From: Eledone cirrhosa
Taxonomy: Eukaryota
Reading direction: 5' to 3'
Length of the DNA: 64,000 nucleotides
Assembly (NCBI GenBank): GCA_964016885.1
Contig: OZ024743.1
Span: forward strand, 40,548,001 to 40,612,000
Shown: one piece after another, positions 48,021 through 62,682 of the stretch
How the letters are laid out: each line of letters begins with the position of its first letter
Numbering within the stretch: the stretch's first letter is position 1
The notes under the pieces: model-generated
Databases searched by the model: none
Told to the model about the DNA's origin: nothing
The model's input: the letters and a program-made list of their open reading frames with translations, nothing else
Translations under genes and position numbers: made by a program

Positions 48021-48094
48021 TTTTTATATATTTATATATATATAGAGTTCCACGTGCTATAATATATACAGAGTTCCACGTGCTATATATATAC

Positions 48095-49277
48095 AGAGTT
48101 GCACGTCCTATAATCTGGTGGGCTCTTAGAAAACTAGGAGTAGATGAATGGCTCGTGAAAGCTGTACAAGCCATGTATAGAGGAGCAGTCAGCAAAGTTA
48201 GGATTAGCAATGAATATAGCGAGGAATTTAGCGTACAGGTTGGTGTCCACCAGGGCTCTGTTCTTAACCCTCTCCTGTTCATCATAGTCCTGCAGGCAAT
48301 AACGGAGGAGTTTAAGACCATGGGAACTCCTGTATGCCGATGACCTTGCATTTATAGCTGAATCTATGGTAGAACTAGAGAAGAAATTCCAAACTTGGAA
48401 GCAGGGACTTGGAAGAAAGGGGCTCAAAGTCAACCTGACAAAGACTAAGGTCCTTGTAAGTAGACTAGAAAACAGAACCCAGATCCCCTCTGGGAAATGG
48501 CCTTGCTCAGTATGTAGGAAAGGAGTAGGTAGGAACTCCATTATCTGCCCTAAATGCAAACAATGGGTACACAAGATATGTAGTGGGATCCCAGGAAGCT
48601 TAATTAAGAATGTAGGCTTCACATGTAGCAGCTGTGCAAGCAGCAAACAGCCACAGGAAACAAGTACCACCAATCTGTAGAAACACTAGACAGCTTCTGC
48701 TACCTAGGTGACCAAATTAGCAGCGGAGGTGGGTGTTCAGAAAGTACAATAACTAGGGTAAGAACGGGATTGAAGAAATTCAGGGAACTACTGCCACTGC
48801 TAGCTGCAAAAGGCTTCTCCCTAAAAATGAAAGCCAGACTGTATGATGCGTGTATACGAACAGCAATGTTACATGGTAGTGAGAGCTGGGCGCTGAAGGT
48901 GGAAGACTTACATAGATTAGAAAGAAATGAAGCCTGCATGCTCTGATGGATGTGTAATAGTAATATACACGAACGGCAAAGCATAAATGAAATGAGAGAG
49001 AGACGGAGCATAAGAGGAATCAAATGCTGTGTGCAGGAGAGGCGGTTGCGTTGGTATGGACATGTGATGCGTATGAAGGAAGACAGCTGCATAAAAAGGT
49101 GCAGAACACTAGAAGTCAATTGTAACCGCGGAGTGGGGAGACCCAAGAAGACCTGGGATGAGGTGATAAAAACCGACCTTACCCAATTACACCTCTCAAA
49201 GGCGATGACACACGACCGTGACCTCTGGCGTCACGCAGTAATACAGAGTGCCCGACCTCCCATGGGTACAAGCTGAA
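48095..49277 (+). mobile_element. 5'-truncated RTE-clade LINE; reverse transcriptase pseudogene
   Basis: GVHQGSVLNPLLF, YADD (TATGCCGATGAC near 48333), FCYLG, RLRWYGHVMR, GRPKKTW; frameshifts and stops. Confidence 0.92.
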
Positions 49278-49952
49278 GCATATAGACAATATGCCCTAAC
49301 ACCCTCCCACTGCAAAATGGTCGAGGAGGTGTCACGGCAAAAATGCACCTAGCCCACACTGTAAAGTGGACGTGTAGGCGCCACGGAAAAAACCACCCAG
49401 CACTCACTGTTAATGAGGTTGGTGTTAGGAAGGGCATCCAGCTGTAGAAATCAAGTCAAAATCAGTTCCTGCATGAGCAAGGCATGGTCAGCTGACCAGA
49501 CACTGCCCACACCAGGACAACCCGTCTAACCCATGCTAGCATGGAAGAACGGACGTAAAACGGTGATGAGGATATTGGCCTTTCAATCAAAAGATTGTGA
49601 GATCAATTCTCAGACTGCGTGATGTGTTGTTTTCTTGAGCAAGACAATTTATTTCACATCGTTCCAGTTCACTCAGCTGTAGAAACGAGATGATAGGGAC
49701 TGGGGTCTCTATCATTCCACTGCAAAGTGGTTGTGGAGGTGCCACGCAAAAAAGCACCAGCCCACACTGTAAAATGGACGTGTAGGCGCCACGGAAAAAA
49801 AGCATCCAGCACTCACTGTAAATGAGGTTGGTGTTAGGAAGAGCATCCAGCTGTAGAAATCAAGCCAGAATCAGTTCCCGTCCCACCATTGCAAGCAGGG
49901 AAAACCGGACGTAAAATGAAATGAGATGAGAAAATTATATATATATATATAT

Positions 49953-50235
49953 ATTGTTATCCTTCGGGAGGGTCATGTGGCAATAAAAATACATGCACTT
50001 GGGCATGCGGTATATCTGCGCATGCGGTATATCTGGGTTTGGGTGTGCTTCTTTTTATTTATTTATATGTTTATTTATTGTCATTAGTTGGTTGCTTATT
50101 CTATCTGAGTGTGTCTGGTTTCTTTTATTAGTTAAGTACTTGTGTGTTTCTGTATGTCTTTATGTTGTGATGTGTTCCTATTCCACTTATGCTTTCTATT
50201 TAGTTTTGGTTAGAATTGCTTTATATTTGTCGCTT
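49953..50235 (-). mobile_element. Old, internally deleted PLE family A relative
   Basis: TTGTTATCCTTCGGGAGGGTCATG start and TTCTATTTAGTTTTGG end. Confidence 0.6.
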
Positions 50236-50239
50236 TCGT

Positions 50240-50535
50240 AATCTGTCCAAGTATATGACTGACCAACATCATCAGCAATATCATTGATCATCCTCTGATG
50301 ATCCTCATGCACAAGCTGATTATTTTTCTCCACATTCAGCGAGTAACACTCGTAGCAGATCACTTGTCATCTCTTGCTTTTGAAGCACCCATGGCACTCA
50401 TAGGTTGCATACAACCCATTGCATTGTTGCCATAAGTTTTCCAAAGCATGCTCAATTTCTCTTTAGCCAATTTCCCAACTTTGTTTCAACTTTCTGTTCA
50501 TGGCAAAATCAGAAGTTTATCTAACACACCGTTAT
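50240..50535 (-). mobile_element. Degenerate mariner-like transposase N-terminal (HTH) region with TIR-like end
   Basis: RC reads KVGKLAKEKLSMLWKTYGNNAMG...NVEK...INDIADDVG across frameshifts; end TATAACGGTGTGTTAGATAAA. Confidence 0.5.
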
Positions 50536-50991
50536 ACAAATTTTGCTGAGGCCTATCAATTATAATAGCCTGAGCTCTTCAGATGGCAAAACCTATAAAA
50601 AACTTGTAAACTTATTTTAAAATATTAGTACAATAGTCCTGAGTTAACTAATTATTGCCTCTGATATTTTTAATGCTATATAATGCTTTGAGTTGTACCA
50701 TTTATGCAGGATGTAAATCGCTTCGTTTTATCTGCTTCACAGCTAACCGACAATAATGTGATCTGCACATCTCTGGTCGGTTAGCCCATATTCTAAATAT
50801 ATGTATACATATGTATATATAGCTTAATGTCTTGTAAGCTTTTGTTACTGTTGGTTCACCAACTTGAGCTCTCGATGCATTGTGGGGTGTGTTTATGTAC
50901 TGTAGGTGGTGTTACACATTTGGTGTTCTACTATGGTAGGTTTCCCTCATAAGTAGAGTTTAATATTAATAAGAAAGAGGTGTCAGAGCAT

Positions 50992-51061
<70 letters not shown>

Positions 51062-51376
51062 GTAGATGTGTGTGTGTGTATGTGTATATATATATATGCA
51101 TGTATTCCCCCGTGCTCTGTGAGTAGCACGTTGAGCTGGTGCGTATCTCGGTTTCATGTCAGGAAGCGACATGACTCCCACTTAGACAGAATGCCATTTA
51201 CTCACAGGTTTAAACTCCCAGCTGTTACTCATTTCCAGCTGAGTGTACTGGAGCAATGTGAAATCAAGTATTTTGATCAAGAACACATAACACAATACGA
51301 AACAATGACAATAAGATTGCATGTCCAAAATTTGCCACTAGTCCACATGTCCTCTCTCTCTCTCTCTCTCTCTCTC

Positions 51377-51430
<54 letters not shown>

Positions 51431-51573
51431 GAAAAGTATAGAAATTATTGTAGCAAGAAGCCAACAGTATTTCATAATATATAAGTGACTATAGCGTCAA
51501 AATGGGAAAATATTGAACGTAAGATGTGGGAAAAATAATATGATATATATATATATATATCATAATATATGTG

Positions 51574-51609
<36 letters not shown>

Positions 51610-52049
51610 TCATCATCATCATCATCATCATCGTTTAACGTCCATGTTCCACGCTTGCATGGGTGTGGATGGGAGTTTTCCCACTTGAGGCAAGAGTGGT
51701 TGTCTTGCTTGCATAGGACTGTCTGGCGGGTTTTCTACAGCTGGATGCCCTTCCTAACACCAACCACATTTACAGTGTGGGACTGGGAGGTTTTTACCGT
51801 GTTGCCTACACGGCCACATTACAGCGTGGACTGTGTGTTTTTTTGTCGTGACACCTACACGATCTCATTTGTTTCGGCATGGATGTTGTGGCACCAACAT
51901 AACTTTACATTGAAAGGGGCGGTGTGGATGGGGTGGGGTTGGTGGGGTTTGTTAGAGATGCCTACTGACTGTAGTAGGTTTTACTTTGTATTTAGGTAAG
52001 GCGAGTCTTCTCTATTACTAAGTACCGCCAAAGATCTCGGTCCAGTGAC

Positions 52050-52082
<33 letters not shown>

Positions 52083-52125
52083 TAATATATGTGTATATAT
52101 ATATCTATATATATATATATATATA

Positions 52126-52210
<85 letters not shown>

Positions 52211-52260
52211 TAATATATGTGTATATATATATCTATATATATATATATATATATATATAC

Positions 52261-52556
52261 ATAAGTAGACTTAATAACCAACACTCGAGGGCGGCCGACT
52301 GAGGTAGAAGCTGCTAAATAGTCGGTCGTCCTCTAGTCTCTGATTTTCAGCCCCATGGATTTTATCTGTTATATTCCTTTGTTACATTTTGTATACCTGA
52401 TGATGTCACCGTATTCATACTGAACGCGGTCGTTGAAATGATCATAGTATAATAAACCTTTCAAGGATTTACACCAGTCCAGCCTCCTGATAATTTATAA
52501 TAATTAACTCCATACTCGCACCACCAACTACACAAACAAAGACGGATGAGTTCCAT
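52261..52556 (+). mobile_element. ~295-bp non-coding HHR element in (TA)n
   Basis: Hairpin GAGGGCGGCCGACT...AGTCGGTCGTCCTC followed by an HHR. Confidence 0.7.
52392..52451 (+). ncRNA. Type I HHR
   Basis: TATAC CTGATGA ...ACCG...CGGT... GAAA TGATCA TA GTATA; ATGATCAT palindrome; base of stem II mismatched. Confidence 0.7.
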
Positions 52557-52565
52557 ATATCATAA

Positions 52566-52601
<36 letters not shown>

Positions 52602-53303
52602 CATACATAAATATTTTATATACAATATATATTGTATATATATATATTTTTTTCTTTTTTTGAGTGAGAGGCTCCTAGTCTCAATTAAGATATTTCGCTA
52701 GGAGAAGAGCACTCAAATCTAAAACCTGTGACTTCGTTTATATCCAATGATGTACACTAGTTCTTCATTTAGGGCAAATGCATTCAATTTTCAGAGAGTT
52801 GGACTTGTCCCATGCAAAGCCCTGCCTCACTTAAAAAAGCTTCCAGCACAGGCATCACTTGACATTTGACATTTGTTGCGCTGCATGGTATTGTTGGCCA
52901 TAGACAAGTCTCTGGCAGGACTAACAATACATGTCCGTGATGTTCATGTTTGAGTATCAAGTGATGGCATTACTTTAAATCGAGTTGCAGCCATCATATA
53001 TGTGTATGTATGTATATATATATATATAAGCAGGGAAAAGCGGACGTAAAATGATGATGATGATGATGATGATATATATATATATAGGAAAAAGTTCAGA
53101 TCCCGAACTCTACTACCCAAAGTATTGAGTAGTCTGGTTCCTTACCACACTTCCTTCATTATATATACATATATATATACATATATAAATGTAAGAAAAC
53201 TGTAGAAAGAACTATGAAAACCAAAACAAACAGACCTGGAAAAGTAGGAGAGGATGTGACAAGTAAAAGCTAATTCTCAGGTTTGCACCTCTGCTATCTC
53301 CCA

Positions 53304-53370
<67 letters not shown>

Positions 53371-53932
53371 CACCACCTCTGCTACAAGTACACTTTCACT
53401 ATCATTTTATGTTTTACATCCCTCTCACTTAAACTTCCCCTCACTTCAATTACTCTACATCTTCCATTATACTCTCTTCATTTTGTCAATTTCTTATCCC
53501 TTAATTTTCTGTCATCCCTCATGTATTTACCTTGTTAGTTTTGTTGTTTCGAAAGAACAGAAAAAATCTAGAATAGTACAGTGTTTTTGCCTTGCTTGAT
53601 ACAAGACAACCTCACAGTAGCAACATAAAATGTACCCAGTACACACTGTTTAGGTAGATGGCAAATGAATGGACATAATGTAGTATTGAGAAGGCTTCAC
53701 TAGTGTTGGTGCCACAATAAAATAAATGCAGTACATAATTTGACATACATAAATTGAACCTAGACCATAATTAAATACCACAAAATGTTTTGACTGTAAC
53801 TCTATCGAATCTGCCATAACTGCAATTGTCCTAGTAATATTTCACTGAATAAAATAGCAGATAATGTTGAGAGTCTAATCAGAAATGAGTTGGCCAACAA
53901 CACCATCAACAACAGCAATAATAATAATAATT

Positions 53933-53983
<51 letters not shown>

Positions 53984-54379
53984 GCAATAATAATAATAAA
54001 AATAGTGATAATGAGGCTGATTCCTTTAGCTTAAGCTGGAGGAAAGCAATTACTTTGTAATGAGTATAAAAATAAATTCTAAAGATCTATGATCTCTCTT
54101 AATTACTCTCGTTCTCTTGTTATCTCGTTCTTATTATTTCATTTCATCTGAAAGATGCAGTGTAAATTGGACATTGATGGATTTTTGAACTGATATAAAT
54201 GAGGCAGTGGTGACAAAGAAAACTACAATATTGACGATGATGGCGGTGATGGTTATGATAGTAGTGGAGTTAGGGGCAATATTGAATATGATGCTGATTA
54301 TCATGATTGTAGTGGTGATGTTGCAGAATGATATTGTTGGTGGTGGTTTGGCTGATACAGAAAACAATAATAATAATAA

Positions 54380-55140
54380 TTGTTTCTATATTAGGCACGA
54401 GGCCAGCAGTTTGAAGGGAAAGTCGATTAAATCTACCCCATTAACTTACAGGTACTTTATTTTATCGAGCATATACGGCTGAAAGGCAAAGTTAACCTCA
54501 GCAGGATTTGAACTCAGACTGTAAAGGGCCGTTTACTCTATGCTGCAAAGCATGTTATCAGATGCTCTACCGATCCTACCAATCCACCACCTTCAACAAC
54601 AGCAACAACAATAATAATAATTGTTTCTACTTTTAGCACAAGGCCAGCAATCATCCCAGTGTATTACTGGTACTTTATTTTATTGACCCCATAAAGATGA
54701 AAGGCAAAGTTAACCTCGACGGGATTTGAACTCAAACCGTAAAGGGACGTAACTATGCTAGAAAGCATGGCATCCAACCCTCTACTGATACTGCCAATTC
54801 ACCGCCCTAATAATTGTTTCTATTTTTGGCACAAGGCCAGCAATTAGCCAGTACATTACTGGTACTATATTTTATCGACCCCTTAAGGATGAAAGGTAAA
54901 GTTAACCTCGGCGGGATTTGAACTCAGTTCATAAAGGGACGTAACTCTATGCCAATCAATAATAATAATTAATAAGTGTTTCTACTTTTGGCACAAGGCC
55001 AGCAATTCACCAGTACATTACTGGTACTTTATTTTATCGACCCTGTAAGGATGAAAGGCAAAGTTAACCTCGGCGGGATTTGAACTCAGACCGTAAAGGG
55101 ACGGAACTATGCTGGAAAGCATGGTGTCCGACTGCCAATC
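54380..55140 (-). mobile_element. Four head-to-tail Meta-domain-like SINEs; older copies ~56750-56955 and 58040-58360
   Basis: Units begin at ~54380, 54621, 54813 and 54977, each preceded by AAT repeats. Confidence 0.85.
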
Positions 55141-55832
55141 CAAATAGTGACAATGTTGATTTTATAATCATGCAGTATATATATTATTTTCATTTTTGTA
55201 AAACTTTGTGTGTAAAAGGTTAGTTAGCAATACAAAATTATGTTCTATGGGTAAGCATTCATAAATTAATCATCATAGCAATTTAAGAATCTATTACCAT
55301 GCATTCACTATTTACTCAAAAGCTTGACACATTTTTCAACAGAATAATATGATCTCTATTACATTTTATATTTAACTGGTAAAAGATAGTTCAGGAAGAG
55401 GATTTTGGTCAAGTCAAGGCCCTTGCATCTCTACATTTTCAGTGCTGTTTTAGCAATAAAATGCATCAAATACACTCTTTAAAGTGGTTGGTTTTAGGAA
55501 AGGCATCCAGACATGTCAAAAAAGAGTTGAACTGAATAAAGTATTAAAACTGAAATGTATATGAGATGTGGTTCCCTAGCTAATCTATACAGCCAGTAGT
55601 TCCAGTTAATTGCTGACATGGTCTGTAAAGCCTTGACCAACCTATACCAACTTGGAAGAACAGACAAATGGAGGATATCATATATATATATATAATATAC
55701 ATGTGGTTTTGAAAATACATGTGTTTGAGATTAATTTATCATCATTGTATTTACATGTTTTCCTATATTGTCGTGGACTAGACAAGATATTTTCAGGCAA
55801 AATTCTGTGACTTGATGCTCTTCCTGACACCA

Positions 55833-55909
<77 letters not shown>

Positions 55910-56104
55910 AAGATGGTCAAGACCCTGACGGCAAAGCTCAAGCCGTTTCAACAGCTATTTCTGGATTGGAGTCCAGAAATAGCCATCAAAACGTCGGCGT
56001 CTTGACCATCTTCCTATTACCCACCCGAAGTATTGAATACTCTGGTGCATTATGGTCCATCTGGTTCCTTACCACACTTCTTTCGTTATATATATATATA
56101 TATA

Positions 56105-56165
56105 TACAGGGTCTCCCAAAAAATGTATACACATTTCAACAGCATTCTATTAAATATGTGTATGC
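56105..56165. mobile_element. Possible Tc1/mariner TIR remnant
   Basis: TA CAGGGTCTCCCAAAAAATGTATACAC resembles TA-CAGGGTGTCCCA termini. Confidence 0.3.
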
Positions 56166-58513
56166 ATTTTCCTTCTATCCAAATCTACACCACCAAAGCC
56201 ATGGAACTTTGTTGAGGAAGCCTCAATTCTATCTAGCCGAATACTTATGTATCAAAACTCAATTCTAAATCTTTCAGTTTGGAGCAAATGTTAACATGCT
56301 TCCCAACATTCCCAGCTAACTTTTTTTTTTTAATTCATCAAAATTATAAACATAAATCCAATATAAATTATATCAAATCCTAATTTTCACTCGTGTTTCA
56401 ATATATTTTTTAACGATCCCCAAATATTCCTTTTGTCTTCAAATTAAATTTGTACAATTATCTCAAATATATTGATCAGTTAAGTGCAAAATAAAAGTAA
56501 TTATATTTTTTGGCAATATGGAATCAATATTAATTCTGAATTAATGATGTTTTCGTTATTATTTGATTATTTGTTAAATTTCTTCAAATAATCACATGAG
56601 CAAATAACTTTCTACTTAAAATAGTGGGGATATGTGATGCTGTAATGTTCATACTTTTCTCCAACTGCATGTAATGACCAGTGGTGAGTATTGACAATTA
56701 TCTCTTATAACATTTAGGTCTGGGACTTAAAATATAATAATAGAAATAATGGTTTCTGGTTCAAGAACAAGGCCTTCAATTTTTTGAGAAGAGGTAAATC
56801 GATTTGATTGACCCCAATACATTACTGATTCTTTATTTTATCGACCCTCTAAGGATGGAAGGTAAATCTAACCTCAATTAGATTTCAACTCAGTAAGTAA
56901 AGAGCTGTGACAAATAGTGCAAAGCATTTCTCAGATGCTCTAATGATTCTGCCAATCCAATAATATTAATAGTAAAATGATATTTATCAAACTATGGCTG
57001 TCTATCGATTTGATGATGATTTGGTATAAGTATGAGATGCCTAAAATGATACAGTAGCTTCTCATTTATTGTGTCTGTATCTTTCTCTATTTGGTTTGTC
57101 CAGTCATTATCTAAGCAGATATTGTACGCATTCCTGGTCTTGTTTCTTTGACCATTAACCCTTTTTCATACAAAACCTTCTCTAGTTTGATTATATTAAG
57201 CTGTTTATTTTTAAATATACATATTAATAAAAAGAAAACAATAAAAAACATCATGATTTTAGGCAAGTACCTTTTAAGTTATGTCTCAAGTACTAGCTTA
57301 ATAAGGTGAAATCTATATTACTAAATCCCTCCAAATACTTGATTTTTCAAAATTATTTGAAAATCATAGGCAGTTTCTTTCATTAGAAGTATAGGAACAA
57401 AAGAGTTACTGATCACCTACAGGTATATAAATTGCTGCACAATATCTACTATGATGGTATAAAAGGTAAATAACTGATTATCACTGCAGTATTCTCTGAA
57501 AATATATTAAAATCTGAATTTCTAATATGAAACCCTAATACTTTAATGCCAAATTAACATTCTGATGATGTATATGAGGGTGAATAACTGGAAAAATAAG
57601 AATTTACATGGCTAATATTTTCCCAAACTTTATGTTTCATATATTTTGTTATTCTTTTTCTGGTTTCAGTTATTAGTCTATACTGTATTTATCTGGTTTA
57701 AAATAGGTAGACAGTATCTCTGGCAGTAGTAAGAGGTGACTAAAATGTTTGGCAACAGGAACAGTGTCTGGCTATAAAACATTTCCTCAACAGGGACCTT
57801 GTGATGTGTAGGAAGCCTTTCATTTGCCAGCAAGTCAATTCTTTGGTTCAGCACAGTGACTGGCATACAAACTGTGGTCATGCTGTAGCACAGCTTGCAA
57901 GGGGTTTAAATGATCATATCAAGGCAAAATAACTGTTTTAAAGCCTGGTACTAATTTTATCTATTTTTTTTGTTACACTGCTAAACTAAAGGACAAAGTG
58001 TAAATGTAAAGAATGAGGTATAAGCTGAATTAATGAATGCAAGTATTTCACTGGTACTTTATTTATCGACCATTTTTGGATATAAGGCAAGTTTGACCTT
58101 AGCAGGATTTTAAATCAGAAGGTAAACAGCTGGAATAATTGCTGTGAAGCATTTTGCAAAACACTCTCTAATGCGTCTTCCAATCCAATGCACAGTATTT
58201 ATAATAATAATAATGATTTATAGTTTAGGCACATGGCCAGCAATTGACGGAAAAGGATAAGCAGATTAAATTGCCCCAGTACCAGACTGGAACTTTATTT
58301 TACCCACCCCAGAAGGATGACTGAGATATTGACCCTGGTGGGATTTAAACTCAGGGTGTAAAAAAGGCAATATGATATTATTAATAGCAATAGAAATAAC
58401 TATAATAATATCTAAAATAAGTTTTTAGAATGTTTTTACTTATTCATTTATATTTTAGCTAATAAAAAAGCAGACTATAAAAAATTATATATATACATAT
58501 CTGTGTGTGTGTG

Positions 58514-58546
<33 letters not shown>

Positions 58547-58634
58547 CTTACCTGTCCCAGCCAACTGGCTGAGGTCCTGCTGGGGCTTTGCCTTTAAAGG
58601 CAGAATATATATAAGTATATGTATGTATATATAC

Positions 58635-58760
<126 letters not shown>

Positions 58761-58965
58761 CCTAAACACATACAATATTTTTTTCAGTTTTTTATCTTAT
58801 ACATTTTTTATCTTATCGTTTTTTTTTAACAAAATAGAGTCTTTTGTAAGAATATTTTTTGACTTTCCAAAATATACAATATTCATTAAGAAATGGATGC
58901 GATTATAATTTCTCTTCTACATTTACAGTAAAAAATGGAATTAAAAAAAAAAAATGATTATATTT

Positions 58966-59045
58966 TCAATATCTTAACATCACAGGTAAAGCTAGGAGCT
59001 TTGAGTACTTGTTGCCAGACTCTTCAAATAAATCTTGGAATGGAA
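58966..59045 (-). CDS. Candidate terminal coding exon of an unidentified host gene
   Basis: RC: tgcatatttttag|TT CCA TTC CAA...AGA TAT TGA = (x)PFQDLFEESGNKYSKLLALPVMLRY*; non-repetitive, acceptor-like context. No partner exon found. Confidence 0.3.
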
Positions 59046-59591
59046 CTAAAAATATGCAATTGGTGATGGAGACTGTAAGAAGGATATTAGAAAAGAAAAT
59101 TAAATATGACTTGTAGATACTTGTAAATTCATACATATATAAACTCAACAATATATACATACATATATATATATATATGTATGATGTGGAAAATATTCCA
59201 TCAGCTTAGCCCAAATGATGTTGGCATCATGTTTAGTGTACACCCAAGGCTTGGGCCCCGTGGTATCTGCCCATGACACAAATCCCACTCGCATCACATA
59301 ACAGCAATACGGCACAATTATTTCACCTCAATTGGCACTGCACTCTTTAACATTACACCAAAATATATCAAAGCAGAGACAGACCCCATCAAGTTCAAGA
59401 AGTCTTTGGATAAATTCCTTCAAGAAATCCCGGATAAGCCTCCATAAACAATAACTCTCTGCTCGAGTGGGCCATGGTGCCCAAACACTGATGTGTAAGA
59501 CTTCGCCAGGTGGTGCTATTAAGTTAGATATGGCCTGGGCCAATACTGGCCGAAACCTATCGAAGTTATCAAAGTTATATATATACACATC

Positions 59592-59721
<130 letters not shown>

Positions 59722-59931
59722 CATATATATATATATATATGTCAAGGAAGAAATATCAGCTGATGTTTTGTTATAGAGTCCATCTCATGGAGCAAGAAAC
59801 GCTGGTCGTCCCAAGATGACGATACTGGATGCACTGCGGAAGAACTGACAAACGCTATGAGAGACAGAGATGGATGGAGGAAGCATCTCGTAGAAAGCCA
59901 GGCAAGCTCGACCTGATGGTGATGATGATAT

Positions 59932-60010
<79 letters not shown>

Positions 60011-61004
60011 GTATATATATATATGTATATATATATATATGTATATATATGTATATATTTATATATATATATATAAAATAAAATAAGTCAAATGTTTAAA
60101 ATTTGGCTTCGTTTATTACTGCTATATAGATTTCGGTGACAGCCACCTTTGACTGTGACCTCTTCAGGCAGTCCAAATTAGTGTGGTAGAGACTAGTACA
60201 CATGTTGTTGAGGTGTATAATTTTGTCAATACTCTGATATGCCAGTTCCTGGTTGGGTTGCTTTTCACTGAGGAACTGGAATCATATGATATGCTCACAA
60301 GCTCCGATGGATTGATTGGTTACAACTATGTATTGGTGATCGAATGACGTGAAAACAAATGGGTAGCGATCTCTAGACCTATCAGTACAGAGAAACAATT
60401 GTCAGCAATGAGATTAAAAACCTTTTTTGTATAGCAAACGGTGTCATTCTTCTTTCCTGATTTATCATTACTCCAAGTGTTAACAACATAGAAATTAACG
60501 AATACTCGCAGCATCATCATGGAAACGCCTTGCTGAGTCAAACTTAGCCAAGCGTTGATATGATCCACTACTCGGAGTACCCTAACCGAACTACACTTAA
60601 GTGGACTACCTATAACAATAATCTGTTACCCCATATATATATATATATCATCATCACCGTTTTACGTCCGTTCTTCCATGCTAGCATGGGTTAGACGGGT
60701 TGTCCTTGTCTTGCTCATACGGGAACTGATTCTGGCTTGATTTCTACAGCTGGATGCCCTTCCTAACACCAACCTCATTTACAGTGAGTGCTGTTGCTTT
60801 TTTGCTGTGGCATCTCCACGTGCAGTGGAATGATAGGGACTGGGGGCCCTATATATCTCATTTCTACAGTTGAGTGAACTGGAGCAATGTGAAATAAAGT
60901 GTCTTGCTCAAGGAAACAACAAATCACCCGGTCCGTCCGAGAATTGAACTCACAACATTTCGATTGCAAGGCCAATGCTCTAACCACTAAGCCATGCCTT
61001 CACG

Positions 61005-61387
<383 letters not shown>

Positions 61388-61405
61388 TTTTATTGTATAG
61401 AAGGA

Positions 61406-61454
61406 GCTTCTACAGGACTAGTACTGTTTCATTCAGATGAAATCTTCAGGAAGC
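61406..61454 (-). ncRNA. Type I HHR in a ~120-bp insert within (TA)n
   Basis: RC: GCTTC CTGAAGA T-TTCA TC TGAA-T GAAA CAG TACTAGTC CTG TA GAAGC; stem III is one mismatch from a 16-nt palindrome. Confidence 0.75.
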
Positions 61455-61509
61455 CATGTATTGGGTACCTTACTTACTGTAGTTATCCCCGACTCAACCC
61501 GGGACCTAC

Positions 61510-61582
<73 letters not shown>

Positions 61583-61583
61583 C

Positions 61584-61814
61584 ACTTTGGGAGGGCCATG
61601 TTGCCAAAGAGAAACACATGCACCAGTTGCTTTCACTTTAATTTATTATAAATTAAATATATAAATTGCTAAATTTAATTTATAATAAATTGAAGTGGAA
61701 ATTTCTGGTGCATGTGTTTCTTTTTTGCAACATGACCCTCCCAAAGTATAACAATATCGGTTTCAACACACGTTTTCAGATAAAGAATTTTGCTAAACAA
61801 ATTCAGAAACGAAA
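61584..61814. mobile_element. Short PLE family A fold-back
   Basis: CTTTGGGAGGGCCATG...CATGACCCTCCCAAAG plus the standard tail. Confidence 0.85.
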
Positions 61815-61841
61815 TATATATATATATGTATATATGTATAC

Positions 61842-61921
<80 letters not shown>

Positions 61922-61927
61922 AATATG

Positions 61928-62410
61928 TGCTAAACCTGATTATATATGTTCTGCCTCGTTAATTTATTAACCTGCCATTGAACCACATTGGCATATGGTT
62001 GAACAATACATGTGTCCCTTAGCGCTTTGTGCGTGTAGAAACACATCCTATTATTAGTTTCCTCCTCTATGTTGAGAAAAAATTTGGTCGTTCCGACTGC
62101 TGCTAGTGATAGTGGTGGCCGATTGACCTACCTCCCTCTGCCTCTATCTTTACTTTCGGCCCTTGAAAAAATTGATTCCACTTCATCTCGGGAACAGTTT
62201 TGGATAGCGCTAGTTTGTAATTTAAATTCAAGAATTTCATATTCTTCGAATGAAAAGAACCTTCTGACGATAATCTTTCTTTGCAACAAAGGCCGTATGG
62301 TCTCCGTTTATTTTTGAGATTCGATATTTGAGGTAACTATAGTAAGTAAAGTCAATTTTTTAAAATTTATTTGGAAACTTTTTCATTATTTGCTAAACCT
62401 GATTATATAT
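61928..62410. mobile_element. 463-nt non-coding unit with ~20-bp terminal direct repeat, between TA tracts
   Basis: TGCTAAACCTGATTATATAT at 61928 and 62391; only degenerate HHR-like pieces (CTGACGA ~62264, GTAACTATAGTA ~62333). Confidence 0.55.
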
Positions 62411-62641
62411 ATATATACAGTATTTACGTATCGAGAGAGAGAAAAAAAAAGGGTTGGGGGTATAGGTGATACATATAGTTATTTGCCAAGTAGCGTATGC
62501 CAAAGGTGTTCGATGCTAGTGCCGGCAGTATTAAATATTCGAAGTGTTAATATTTAGTGGGCTAGAGAGTTAGCAGAGCGTAAGCACGTGGGAAAGTAAG
62601 AAATCGGAGAATAGACCGTTAAAACATGTTTATTTAAACAC

Positions 62642-62682
62642 CACCCACGTACGTTTCGCCGAGTTGGGCTTTTCAAGGGCAT
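62642..62682 (-). ncRNA. U3-A8 HHR apparently lacking N17 (or carrying G17)
   Basis: RC: TGCCC TTGAAAA GCC CAACTC GGC GAAA CGTACG T GGGTG. Confidence 0.6.

Noticed and set aside
53802-54482. Poly-Leu and hydrophobic ORFs
   Set aside because: Derived from (AAT)n and degenerate (GAT/GGT)n repeats.
59535-59575. GGCC...GGCCGAAAC HHR-like fragment
   Set aside because: No CTGANGA or TTGANAA core and no stem I or III.
60520-60565. GAAACGC...GCGTT hairpin resembling an HHR stem III
   Set aside because: No matching upstream core found.
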